Source: Nemertoderma westbladi (Eukaryota > Animalia > Xenacoelomorpha). Taken from it: 64,000 nucleotides of DNA. Below the pieces are notes generated by a model that was not told the origin of the DNA, made no database searches, and worked only from the letters and a program-made list of their open reading frames with translations. The position numbers were made by a program, and so were the translations under genes. This document shows, in pieces, positions 52,901 to 63,809 of this stretch (its first letter is position 1; each line of letters opens with the position of its first letter). The stretch lies in contig JAUCBJ010001576.1 of assembly GCA_032718475.1 (NCBI GenBank), forward strand, positions 3,578-67,577. Direction: 5' to 3'.

Positions 52901-55598
52901 CAATACCAGAGCCCTCCACGCAATACCAGAGCCCTCCACGCAATACCAGAGCCCTCCACGCAATACCAGAGCCCTCCACGCAATACCAGAGCCCTCCACG
53001 CAATACCAGAGCCCTCCACGCAATACCAGAGCCCTCCACGCAATACCAGAGCCCTCCACGCAATACCAGAGCCCTCCACGCAATACCAGAGCCCTCCACG
53101 CAATACCAGAGCCCTCCACGCAATACCAGAGCCCTCCACGCAATACCAGAGCCCTCCACGCAATACCAGAGCCCTCCACGCAATACCAGAGCCCTCCACG
53201 CAATACCAGAGCCCTCCACGCAATACCAGAGCCCTCCACGCAATACCAGAGCCCTCCACGCAATACCAGAGCCCTCCACGCAATACCAGAGCCCTCCACG
53301 CAATACCAGAGCCCTCCACGCAATACCAGAGCCCTCCACGCAATACCAGAGCCCTCCACGCAATACCAGAGCCCTCCACGCAATACCAGAGCCCTCCACG
53401 CAATACCAGAGCCCTCCACGCAATACCAGAGCCCTCCACGCAATACCAGAGCCCTCCACGCAATACCAGAGCCCTCCACGCAATACCAGAGCCCTCCACG
53501 CAATACCAGAGCCCTCCACGCAATACCAGAGCCCTCCACGCAATACCAGAGCCCTCCACGCAATACCAGAGCCCTCCACGCAATACCAGAGCCCTCCACG
53601 CAATACCAGAGCCCTCCACGCAATACCAGAGCCCTCCACGCAATACCAGAGCCCTCCACGCAATACCAGAGCCCTCCACGCAATACCAGAGCCCTCCACG
53701 CAATACCAGAGCCCTCCACGCAATACCAGAGCCCTCCACGCAATACCAGAGCCCTCCACGCAATACCAGAGCCCTCCACGCAATACCAGAGCCCTCCACG
53801 CAATACCAGAGCCCTCCACGCAATACCAGAGCCCTCCACGCAATACCAGAGCCCTCCACGCAATACCAGAGCCCTCCACGCAATACCAGAGCCCTCCACG
53901 CAATACCAGAGCCCTCCACGCAATACCAGAGCCCTCCACGCAATACCAGAGCCCTCCACGCAATACCAGAGCCCTCCACGCAATACCAGAGCCCTCCACG
54001 CAATACCAGAGCCCTCCACGCAATACCAGAGCCCTCCACGCAATACCAGAGCCCTCCACGCAATACCAGAGCCCTCCACGCAATACCAGAGCCCTCCACG
54101 CAATACCAGAGCCCTCCACGCAATACCAGAGCCCTCCACGCAATACCAGAGCCCTCCACGCAATACCAGAGCCCTCCACGCAATACCAGAGCCCTCCACG
54201 CAATACCAGAGCCCTCCACGCAATACCAGAGCCCTCCACGCAATACCAGAGCCCTCCACGCAATACCAGAGCCCTCCACGCAATACCAGAGCCCTCCACG
54301 CAATACCAGAGCCCTCCACGCAATACCAGAGCCCTCCACGCAATACCAGAGCCCTCCACGCAATACCAGAGCCCTCCACGCAATACCAGAGCCCTCCACG
54401 CAATACCAGAGCCCTCCACGCAATACCAGAGCCCTCCACGCAATACCAGAGCCCTCCACGCAATACCAGAGCCCTCCACGCAATACCAGAGCCCTCCACG
54501 CAATACCAGAGCCCTCCACGCAATACCAGAGCCCTCCACGCAATACCAGAGCCCTCCACGCAATACCAGAGCCCTCCACGCAATACCAGAGCCCTCCACG
54601 CAATACCAGAGCCCTCCACGCAATACCAGAGCCCTCCACGCAATACCAGAGCCCTCCACGCAATACCAGAGCCCTCCACGCAATACCAGAGCCCTCCACG
54701 CAATACCAGAGCCCTCCACGCAATACCAGAGCCCTCCACGCAATACCAGAGCCCTCCACGCAATACCAGAGCCCTCCACGCAATACCAGAGCCCTCCACG
54801 CAATACCAGAGCCCTCCACGCAATACCAGAGCCCTCCACGCAATACCAGATCCCTCCACGCAATACCAGAGCCCTCCACGCAATACCAGAGCCCTCCACG
54901 CAATACCAGATCCCTCCACGCAATACCAGAGCCCTCCACGCAATACCAGAGCCCTCCACGCAATACCAGAGCCCTCCACGCAATACCAGATCCCTCCACG
55001 CAATACCAGAGCCCTCCACGCAATACCAGAGCCCTCCACGCAATACCAGAGCCCTCCACGCAATACCAGAGCCCTCCACGCAATACCAGATCCCTCCACG
55101 CAATACCAGAGCCCTCCACGCAATACCAGAGCCCTCCACGCAATACCAGAGCCCTCCACGCAATACCAGAGCCCTCTACGCAATACCAGAGCCTTCCACG
55201 CAATACCAGAGCCCTCCACGCAATACCAGAGCCCTCCACGCAATACCAGAGCCCTCCACGCAGTACCAGAGCCCTCCACGCAATACCAGAGCCCTCCACG
55301 CAATACCAGAGCCCTCCACGCAATACCAGAGCCCTCTACGCAATACCAGAGCCTTCCACGCAATACCAGAGCCCTCCACGCAATACCAGAGCCCTCCACG
55401 CAATACCAGAGCCCTCCACGCAATACCAGAGCCCTCTACGCAATAACGGAGTCCTCCACGCAATACTAGAGCCCTCCACGCAATACCAGAGTCCTCCACG
55501 CAATACCAGATCCCTCCACGCAATAGCAGAGCCCTCCACGCAATACCAGAGCCCTCCACGCAATAGCAGAGCCCTCCACGCAATACCAGATCCCTCCA
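46916..55598. repeat. 20-bp satellite (about 434 units) in KIF3B intron 3
   Basis: Unit caataccagagccctccacg; nearly invariant from about 52110 to 54840. Confidence 0.98.
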
Positions 55599-55686
55599 TG
55601 CCGAGTTCTGAGTTATTCCGCAGTAGTTCTATAGTTGGTGGTCATCTTGACTGTACCGGTATCATACCGTAGACTAGACAAGACAT

Positions 55687-56165
55687 TAGTGATGCAACGG
55701 GATCCCGATCCCGATCCCGAAAATCGGGATCCCTATGGAAAATCCCGATCCCGCCCCGATACTGAGGGAAAAATATCGGTATTTTTCGGGATTTGCTATA
55801 TCTGAAATTATATGCCCTGCAGCTTAAAATTTGTAAAATTTTATAAAAATTTGATTTTTGCCAATAACAAAAACAAAAATTTTGGAGGAAATACGTAAGA
55901 GGGAAATAAACCTCGCCTGTGAACCATTTGAAAAAAGTCAGTGGATATTATTACATATCTAGTCATTTTATATTTACATGAGATTTCTCTAAAGTATTTT
56001 TTACTCATATAATGAGGGCAGGGAAGAAAGCTATTTAAAATTTTGGATGAGTATATATGGCCGCAATAAAATTAAAAATCCCGATCCCGAAAAACGGGAT
56101 CCCGACAGTTACAATCCCCATCTCGAATCCTGAAAATTGTGGATCCCGATCCCGTTGCAACACTA
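55687..56165. mobile_element. hAT-like MITE
   Basis: TIRs TAGTGATGCAACGGGATC and (reverse complement) TAGTGTTGCAACGGGATC; subterminal (ATCCCG)n repeats; flanking 8-mers caagacat/cgataaat match 5/8. Confidence 0.75.
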
Positions 56166-56357
56166 CGATAAATACATCCAGACCCAACCCATAATTGTTA
56201 TTCCAGTTCTTACATTGATAATGGACTTCAGTTGTGCCCGAAATATATTTATATTTACGTAATAAAATCGGAACTCATAATAATAACTTAATAATAATAA
56301 ATGAATTAATAGTTGCTATAAAATGTCAATTACACCAATACCAACACGCTCACTTAC

Positions 56358-56756
56358 CAGCGCTGATATGACGTTTCCGAGAGCGGAAAGCGACAAATTA
56401 ATCTTGGTGGCCTCCTTGAGTCGGTCGCCGGTGGATCCGGTTTTAGATTGGCGTTCCGATCCCGCCAAGTCGACGAGGTTTAGTTTCCCGACCCGGATAT
56501 GGTTCTCCCCATCCATGCCGGTATCCGAGCACTCCACGGTTATAATGAATATGGCGTGGGACCGGGAACTGTGCTCGTTCATGTTGGTGGCACCCACCGA
56601 TCTGTTCTTAGTACCCACTGTCATCACGTGCTCGATTTCCTTAACACTCTTGGTAACGAAGCTGAGGAGGTCCTTCACATATATTCCGGTGTCTGGCCGT
56701 TCTTTCAGCTCGAGGCGTTTACTCTGGTCCTTCGCAAGGAGATCGCGAATGTCTTC
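56358..56756 (-). CDS. KIF3B: KIF3B-like exon 3 (motor switch I/II)
   Basis: tag|GAA...CTG|gtaagt; EDIRDLL...[11 protein letters not shown]...[14 protein letters not shown]...[41 protein letters not shown] is KIF3B-type. Confidence 0.96.
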
Positions 56757-57774
56757 CTAAGGAATAAATAATAATGAAATAATCAAGTAAGGCGTCGAAA
56801 GGACTAATAACAATCACAATTAATACATGGTGAACCTGGCTTAACATCCTTTTTTACAATAAGATACATCCCAGTCGGGGTAAATATAACTTTGAACCTG
56901 GCTTAACATCTTGCTTTACATACTATAAAGATTACGGCAAGAAGTAACATTAATTACTTTCAATTTTGGTAGAATGCAGTGATACTTATTGCCAGTACCG
57001 GTCCACTCTGTATTTAGTACCAATGCTTTATTGGTTGGCCGTAAACTCCTTAACATTTATACTGTAGCCCTCTAGGTATAATTACTGTTCATTACGTATG
57101 TATTGCCATGACCCTTATTGGGATAAAGGCAAATTTGAATAATAATAATAATAATAATAAGTCATTGCTATGATTTATATTACTACTGGTCTGGTACCGG
57201 TAGTACCTGTATTATGACATTCATTATTGGTTTAAAAGTTATAGTTCATATCCGTACCTGTGGTATTTTCGTATTGCAAAAATAAGACTATAAGTATGAA
57301 ATACCCTATGTTATTGAGATATTGTTTATTGTTTTGGTTAGACGAATTGACAAACTACCAAACAAATTGACATGAAAGTAGGTGGCGGATGCCAATAGCA
57401 ATAATTGAGCCTATATGTGTCTATTATAGTTGTATCTGTATCAATTAAATTATTAAAAGATTTTTTAAAAAGCACCGTCGGTGCCGTAACATCTAACTGA
57501 CAACTGAGTTTTAACAATTATTATGTTAAAATAAACAGTAATAGTACTGTCTGACTCCTGACTGTACTGCAGTAAATCTACATTTTTATAGGTAAGTTAA
57601 GTTAGCCACACGTCTACAGGTCTATAGCAGTATAGAGCCTAAATTGAAATAATTTTCAATATTTTATTTTACGGGTCAAACTGTCAAAAAAAACCAATTG
57701 TTATACTGTTATAGGCCTACCGGTACTGGACAATACTCTGTTAGTCTTTTATGCTAAAAATAAATTACTAAAAT

Positions 57775-60369
57775 ATGGAAGAAGTTAAATGTCAATCTCC
57801 TAATGAATCTGATAACGTCGAAGACGACGTTAATGAAGATGAGTTGGATAGCGAAGGGAACGAGGACAGCGAGTATAGCGAGGAATCGGATGACGATGAA
57901 CCGGTCCACAAATACGAGCGAATCGGAAACAACCTCGCCAACCTCCTCTCCAAAGACGCGGCGAGCTGCATGGCGGTCACCGACAAGTTCATCGCTATCG
58001 GGACCCACTGGGGGATGGTCCACGTCATAGATCACCTAGGCAACAACATAAAGGAGTTCTCGGTGCACACGACCACGGTGAACCAGATCAGCGTCGACTC
58101 CCGCGGGGAATACATCGGAAGTTGCTCGGACGACGGACGCGTCTGTTTAACCGGACTTTACGACGCTGAGAACAACCAAACGATGAACCTCGACTGCCCG
58201 GTGAAAGCGATCGCGTTGGATCCGCGGTTTGCGAGACCGCACAGCGGGAACGCGTTCGTCACCGGGACCGGAGACAAACTCGTCTGGTACGAGAAGTCCT
58301 CGTGGTTGGGACGCAGTAAGTCCTCCGTCCTCCACTCCGGCGAGGGGCCCATACGACTCATTAAGTGGCGATCCTGCTTCCTCTCTTGGGCGAACGACTT
58401 GGGCGTCAACGTCTACGACTGTCAGTTCAAACAGCGATTCTCCTACATAGCCAAGGACGACCCGAGTCTGCGACCCGAGTTGCACCGCTGCAACATCTAC
58501 TGGAAGGACGACACGACCTTCCTTATCGGCTGGGCCGACGTCCTCAAGATCTGCGTGGTTCGGGACAGATCGACGAGCTCCCGGGATCCCGATCTGCCCT
58601 CCCGATGCGTCGAGATCATCGCGGTTCTCCGAACCGAGTGGTCCATATGCGGCCTGGCCTCCAAGGACGACCTGGTCGTGGCCTTGGCCTACCTCAGTGA
58701 GGGGCCGCGTCTCGCCGACGAGATGGACGGCGCACGTCGGCCGCAACTCCACGTAATAAAACCTTTAATAAACGATTACGACGACGTGAACAGCGACGCG
58801 CTCACCGTGAACTCCTTCCATCTGTATCGCAGCAACGAGTACCATCTGGACTGTCTACTAGAGGAGTCCGTCTACTTCATACTGAGCCCCCAAGACCTGA
58901 TCATAGCGCGACCCCGGGACCATGACGACCACATCCAGTGGCTGGTGGAGCGCGGCCGCTTCATCGAGGCGCTTAAATCGGCGTCTGAAAGCCCGTCGGA
59001 CCTCCGGAACTACAGCGTCGCGTCCATCGGGGAGGCCTACATGAAGCACCTCATAGAGGAAGGTGAGTTCGAGGAGGCGGCGAGACAGTCCCAGACGGTT
59101 CTCGGACGCTCCAAACAGCTGTGGGAGGAACAAGTATACAAGTTCGCGAAGCTCAAACAACTCCGGGTTATCAGCTCGTACCTCCCGACCCGCGAGCCGC
59201 GACTCAACCAGACCGTCTACGAACTCATCCTCAACGAGTTCCTCCAATCCAACGTGGATCGCTTCGCCGAGATCGTCAACGACTGGCCCAGCGATATCTA
59301 CGACATCCACACGGTGATCAACGCGGTGCTGGACCGTCTGATCTCCCGACCCGGCGACCCCGTTCTCCTAGAGAGCCTCGCTAGACTCCACTCCTACGAC
59401 CGTCGCTACGATCGGGCGCTCAGCATCTACCTCGACCTCTCCCACCCCAACACCTTCCAACTCATCGACAAACACAACCTCGCGCACTGCATCAACGACA
59501 AGGTCGTCGCGCTCATCGAGTTGGACGCGAGTAAAGCGATCCCCTTGCTGTTGGACAACCTGCAACACGTTCCCATAGAGACAGTGGTGGACCAACTGGA
59601 AGACTTTCCCCGCTACCTGCACACCTACCTGGACAGTCTCTACAAGAAGGACCGCGCTATCAGCAAGGGCTTCCACTCGCGACAAGTCCAACTCTACGCG
59701 GATTACGAGCCCCACAAACTGATGGACTTCCTCAAGGATTCCGATTATTATCCGCTGCCCAAAGCCGTGAAGGTCTGCAGAGACCGAGGCTTCACTGCGG
59801 AAGTCGTCTACCTGCTGGGGCGGATGGGGAACTGGAAGGAAGCCTTGAGACTAATCATAGAGGACCTCAAAGACGTGAGGAAAGCCATCGAGTTCGCTAA
59901 GGACATCCAGGATAACGAACTGTGGAGGGATCTCATCGAGTATTCGATGGATAAGCCGGAGTTTATCCGGGGGTTGTTGCAGCACTCGGGGACGCACATC
60001 AACCCCCTCCAGGTGGTCCAACAGATCCCCCGGGATCTACACGTCCCGGACCTTCAGGTCTCCCTCGTTAAGATCCTCCACGATTACAACCTGCAGGTCT
60101 CCTTGCGGGAGGGCTGCAGTCGCATCCTCGTCTCCGATTGCTTCTCGTTGTTCGACCGACTCTACCGGGGCGTTAAACGCGGCCAGTCCGTCTCGTCCCA
60201 CTGTCCCGTGTGCCGGAACCCCGTGCTGAGTTGCAGCACGGACGCGGCACTCTTCCAGTGTCTGCACACCTACCACGGCGAGTGCACGCCGGTGGGACCC
60301 CACGGTATATTCTGTAACGTCTGCAGCACAAAGCAACAGAAGGACAGATCTAGAACATTGTCTCGATAG
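57775..60369 (+). CDS. VPS41: Vacuolar protein sorting 41 (HOPS subunit), intronless CDS nested antisense in KIF3B intron 2
   Basis: Acidic N-terminus then EP..KYERI..., DAASCM, GTHWG WD40 propeller, RD.DDHI.WL, clathrin-repeat region (LYADY..KL..FL; YLLGRMGN), LVKILHDYNLQVSLREGC, C-terminal RING-H2-like Cys/His; 864 aa. Confidence 0.93.
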   Translation: MEEVKCQSPNESDNVEDDVNEDELDSEGNEDSEYSEESDDDEPVHKYERIGNNLANLLSKDAASCMAVTDKFIAIGTHWGMVHVIDHLGNNIKEFSVHTTTVNQISVDSRGEYIGSCSDDGRVCLTGLYDAENNQTMNLDCPVKAIALDPRFARPHSGNAFVTGTGDKLVWYEKSSWLGRSKSSVLHSGEGPIRLIKWRSCFLSWANDLGVNVYDCQFKQRFSYIAKDDPSLRPELHRCNIYWKDDTTFLIGWADVLKICVVRDRSTSSRDPDLPSRCVEIIAVLRTEWSICGLASKDDLVVALAYLSEGPRLADEMDGARRPQLHVIKPLINDYDDVNSDALTVNSFHLYRSNEYHLDCLLEESVYFILSPQDLIIARPRDHDDHIQWLVERGRFIEALKSASESPSDLRNYSVASIGEAYMKHLIEEGEFEEAARQSQTVLGRSKQLWEEQVYKFAKLKQLRVISSYLPTREPRLNQTVYELILNEFLQSNVDRFAEIVNDWPSDIYDIHTVINAVLDRLISRPGDPVLLESLARLHSYDRRYDRALSIYLDLSHPNTFQLIDKHNLAHCINDKVVALIELDASKAIPLLLDNLQHVPIETVVDQLEDFPRYLHTYLDSLYKKDRAISKGFHSRQVQLYADYEPHKLMDFLKDSDYYPLPKAVKVCRDRGFTAEVVYLLGRMGNWKEALRLIIEDLKDVRKAIEFAKDIQDNELWRDLIEYSMDKPEFIRGLLQHSGTHINPLQVVQQIPRDLHVPDLQVSLVKILHDYNLQVSLREGCSRILVSDCFSLFDRLYRGVKRGQSVSSHCPVCRNPVLSCSTDAALFQCLHTYHGECTPVGPHGIFCNVCSTKQQKDRSRTLSR

Positions 60370-60689
60370 ATCCTGTCTTATATAACCTAATTAAATTCCT
60401 AACTGGTGCCTTAGAGTAATTTATATTCCACGAATCGTCACTGATTATTATTATATATTGAAGTTTATTTAACTTCTATGTTTTAAATAAATTAAATAAC
60501 GCGTTGGAACATTTCTGATAAAAGTACAATAAGTACAATAAACAATTATTGTAGGGAGTTAGCTGTAGTTAGTCAAACAAACTGCCAGCAGGGATGGCAA
60601 TAACGAAACGAAAATTATTTATTATTATTATTATTATTTGCTTCAATACAGCCAACCTTTACTGCCTACCAGTTTAGTTTCCGTTACCA

Positions 60690-61000
60690 GAATCTTCGCC
60701 CTCGAAATGAGTTAACAAACTCGTTTATTGTTTTGCAAAGAAAAATTCGTGTCTGTAACCTATCGTCTCTGTAACCTATCGTCTCTGTAACCTATCGTGT
60801 CTGTAACCTATCGTGTCTGTAACCTATCGTGTCTGTAACCTATCGTGTCTGTAACCTGCTCCTTTCCCCCAATCGGGCGAAGATTGCACCCAACCAGAAA
60901 ATCCCGTATTTCGAACCACTCACCCTGTCCAAACTCGTTCGTTTTTTGCCAAATAACGGAGGATATCGGCATCACTTCATATCTTCCTATAAACTCTATC
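60690..61000. mobile_element. Possible Helentron-associated (DINE/HINE-like) non-autonomous element with an internal 16-bp tandem repeat
   Basis: Short hairpin aaatgagtt..aactcgttt followed by attgtttt and 7 copies of tcgt(g/c)tctgtaaccta (60747-60857). The family assignment is inference. Confidence 0.35.
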
Positions 61001-62046
61001 CAAATAGACTGATGAATAATTGAATAGACTGAAATTACTTCTTGGTTCTTTAATATTTATCGCTAGATCGAGATGTTTACTTACTAACTTCAAGTGCTAT
61101 GTTTATATATGAGGAAAAATAAAATTATTGATTGACTGACTGATTATTGTTCTTATTGCTTATTTGAATATCCCTCTCTGAAGTAGCAGTAGCCTGTTTA
61201 TTGTTTTGGTTCGGTAGTCTAGTAACACGATTATGAAACAATGAAGAAGGTCAACCAATATCTAATGTTAGCCAACTAATCAAATTATATTGTATTGTAT
61301 TCCGGACTCTACATCTATGGGGTATTACGAATCTGATAAGCCGTTTGTTAACGGTGTTAAATTAATTGTATTTATCATATTATGCTAAATGAATAGGAGA
61401 ATCTAGATTAACAAAAACACCGCGAGACTCGATTCAGGGAACCTTGTTACCGGTACCCATTCCATTATTCGATTGTTTCTACAATTTGTGAAATTATAAA
61501 TAAATAGGAATAATTTTATTATTTATAGAAATTGTTTGTTTCAGCGGAATCCCGGCAAAAAATATAATCCCGATCCCGAATTATAAATACAAATATTGAA
61601 GTAAATTTGTTGAATATCCGATGAATTAGTTGCAACAGAACGAGAACATAAATGCATTGATTATCTTTTATAAGTTGGTGTTTTTTTAACATCCATAGAT
61701 TGTATAAATTATTAAGTAATTTAAACATATGATCCAACTCTTAGGATGATCCAACTCTATTTCATTCATTTGATCATCGTAAGTCCTGTTTAAATTACTT
61801 AATAACTATAAGTTAATTTTAATATAATTTAATCTTACTACTATTTAATAATACTATTATTATTAATACTGCTATAATAATATTAGTAATATTTCAGCGC
61901 TGTAAAATAAATAGATTTGTCCAAAACCCGATCCTTACTTCAGTGCTACAGATACTGAAAACTCAGTGGAGACTGAGATGAACCCACATACAAATTATAA
62001 CCGAATGCTAAGGCTTCTCTCACTGAATACCTCGCGCCATTACATT

Positions 62047-62179
62047 CCCTAGATACGATGCTACACAACAACCAACCTGGTATAACTCTAGATACGATGC
62101 TACACAACAACCAACCTGGTATATCCCTAGATACGATGCTACACAACAACCAACCTGGTATATCTCTAGATACGATGCT
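62047..62179. repeat. 39-bp tandem repeat (about 3.4 copies) spanning the exon 2 donor
   Basis: ctagatacgatgct starts at 62049, 62088, 62127 and 62166; each full unit contains CAG|GTTGGT on the minus strand. Confidence 0.92.
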
Positions 62180-62601
62180 CGTACGAGGTATTGCTGATTC
62201 TGACTGCGAGCGATGTGCGAGAATATATGTTCGAAGGACCTCGGTATGACCCCCCACTCCTCTCCGATGGATCGATTTCCCTCCATCGTGTAAGTCTTAC
62301 CGGTCCCGGTCTGTCCGTATGCGAATATAGTCCCGTTGAAACCCTCCAAAACCGAATCGACTAACAAACGAAACGTTTCGTCGTATAAGTCCAGTTGTTT
62401 CGAGTTCCAGTCGTAAATACTGTCGAACGTAAAGGATTTCTTTGCGTCGTACTGATGCGATCCGCCTTTAGGGTTGGTTATATCGATGCGTCCTCTCTTA
62501 ACGTCCATCTCAACAACTCTGTTGTAACCACCAGCAACCTCCTTCTCCATCATCGGTCGACACCGGACAACAACCTTAACGCATTCATCCGCTTTAGAGC
62601 C
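62155..62601 (-). CDS. KIF3B: KIF3B-like exon 2 (motor N-terminus, P-loop)
   Basis: cag|GGC...CAG|gttggt; VKVVVRCRP...FTFD...[22 protein letters not shown]...[11 protein letters not shown]. Confidence 0.95.
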
Positions 62602-62653
62602 CTGACACAAAAAATATTAATATTCTACGTAAAACAGAGACAATTCGAACTAC

Positions 62654-63464
62654 TAGGGAAGCGACAGAGCTCCGGAAATCCGGAGCTCCGGGCCAATTTT
62701 CTGGTTCCGGCTCTGGTTCCGACTCCGGGGAAATTAATCAGATCAGGAAACCAATCCAGAGCTTAAGTTGTATAAATTCTAATAAAAATAATAAGTTTTT
62801 CTGATGTATGAATAATGTAAATATCATAGTAATTAACATAATAACTCATTGAGTAATTTACAGCTTGTTTTTTTAAGTTTCCAGATAACCCCCCCACCCC
62901 CCCTGTGAAATTGTTTAAATGTTCGAACAAAAACATTGAAATGATTCAGTTAATTCAATTAATATTCTTCCCTAATTAAAAAATCTTAAATACGTCATGT
63001 ACTATCGTTTCGATCGCAGTGTAGAACCCCCATTTCCACTGAGTGTGAGCTGAAAAGTCTAAAACATTACAGTATATTTTAGCCCATTGAACACCAGATA
63101 AGGGAGTCTTTGGACGCAATCAAATTATGATTACTGATTACTCCCAAAAATAAAACTGTCCTGTTCTATTGAATATAGTTTATTGTTTTGATTAGAATAG
63201 CATGCGACTGTAAACTGCTCATTTCACTTAATTGATAATTTAACATTGAGGCGAGATATTAATTCGCCGCGTAAGAATTTGCATTAACCACCCCCCCCCC
63301 CCCCCCCCCCCGTCTCATGAACACATATCTGTCTATGTCTACTATAATAATACACTGGAATTATCAATCACCAAACCTCCGGATCCGTCTCGGGCCAGAG
63401 CTCATATTGTAACCCGGAGGAACCTCCGGGCTCCGGATGAAATTTTAGCTCTGTCGCACCCCTA
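62654..63464. mobile_element. hAT-like MITE in KIF3B intron 1
   Basis: TIRs TAGGGAAGCGACAGAGCT and (reverse complement) TAGGGGTGCGACAGAGCT; subterminal TCCGG repeats; flanking 8-mers cgaactac/ataactac match 6/8. Confidence 0.75.
63102..63311 (-). mobile_element. Poly-G-ended MITE-like repeat (copy B), nested in the hAT-like MITE
   Basis: Reverse complement aligns with 14793-15026 (ggcgaattaatatc.cgcctc.atgttaaat...caaaacaataaacta...atagaacagg...ttttgggagtaat). Confidence 0.7.
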
Positions 63465-63806
63465 ATAACTACTACTATAATCGGCCTGCTGCATTAAACT
63501 GCACATTATGATGCTATGCCAGCTTAACAAAAACATTTTGTCACCACCATGCAATCCACAATTGGCAAGTCAAATTGTGGATTAAGAGTAGAGTGAATTA
63601 AGAATGCTATGCCGGCTTATCAACAAAGTTGCACCGCTACAACTCTCTATCCGCTATCCCCCATGACTTTCGCGAATCATCTATTTTGATTCATGTATAA
63701 AATTAAGTATCACTAATATAAGTAATATTATATAATATAGTATTATATTTCAGTAGATAAAAGGAAAACCCACTGCAATACAAATAAATAGATATCATAA
63801 ACTTAC

Positions 63807-63809
63807 CAT
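63807..63809 (-). CDS. KIF3B: KIF3B-like exon 1 coding part (ATG only)
   Basis: Minus strand reads CCACC-ATG|GTAAGT: Kozak-like context followed by a perfect donor; joins in frame to [10 protein letters not shown]. Confidence 0.75.

Noticed and set aside
21203-55598. CRISPR-like repeat arrays
   Set aside because: No unique spacers and no cas genes; eukaryotic intronic context.
38488-55599. Giant ORFs (up to 3143 aa) in several frames on both strands
   Set aside because: The 24- and 20-bp units simply lack stop codons in most frames. Overlapping open frames and arbitrary starts indicate non-coding satellite.
57754-60336. Antisense and alternate-frame ORFs over VPS41 (likewise over the BEL ORF and KIF3B exons)
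   Set aside because: Shadow ORFs caused by codon bias; no recognisable domains.
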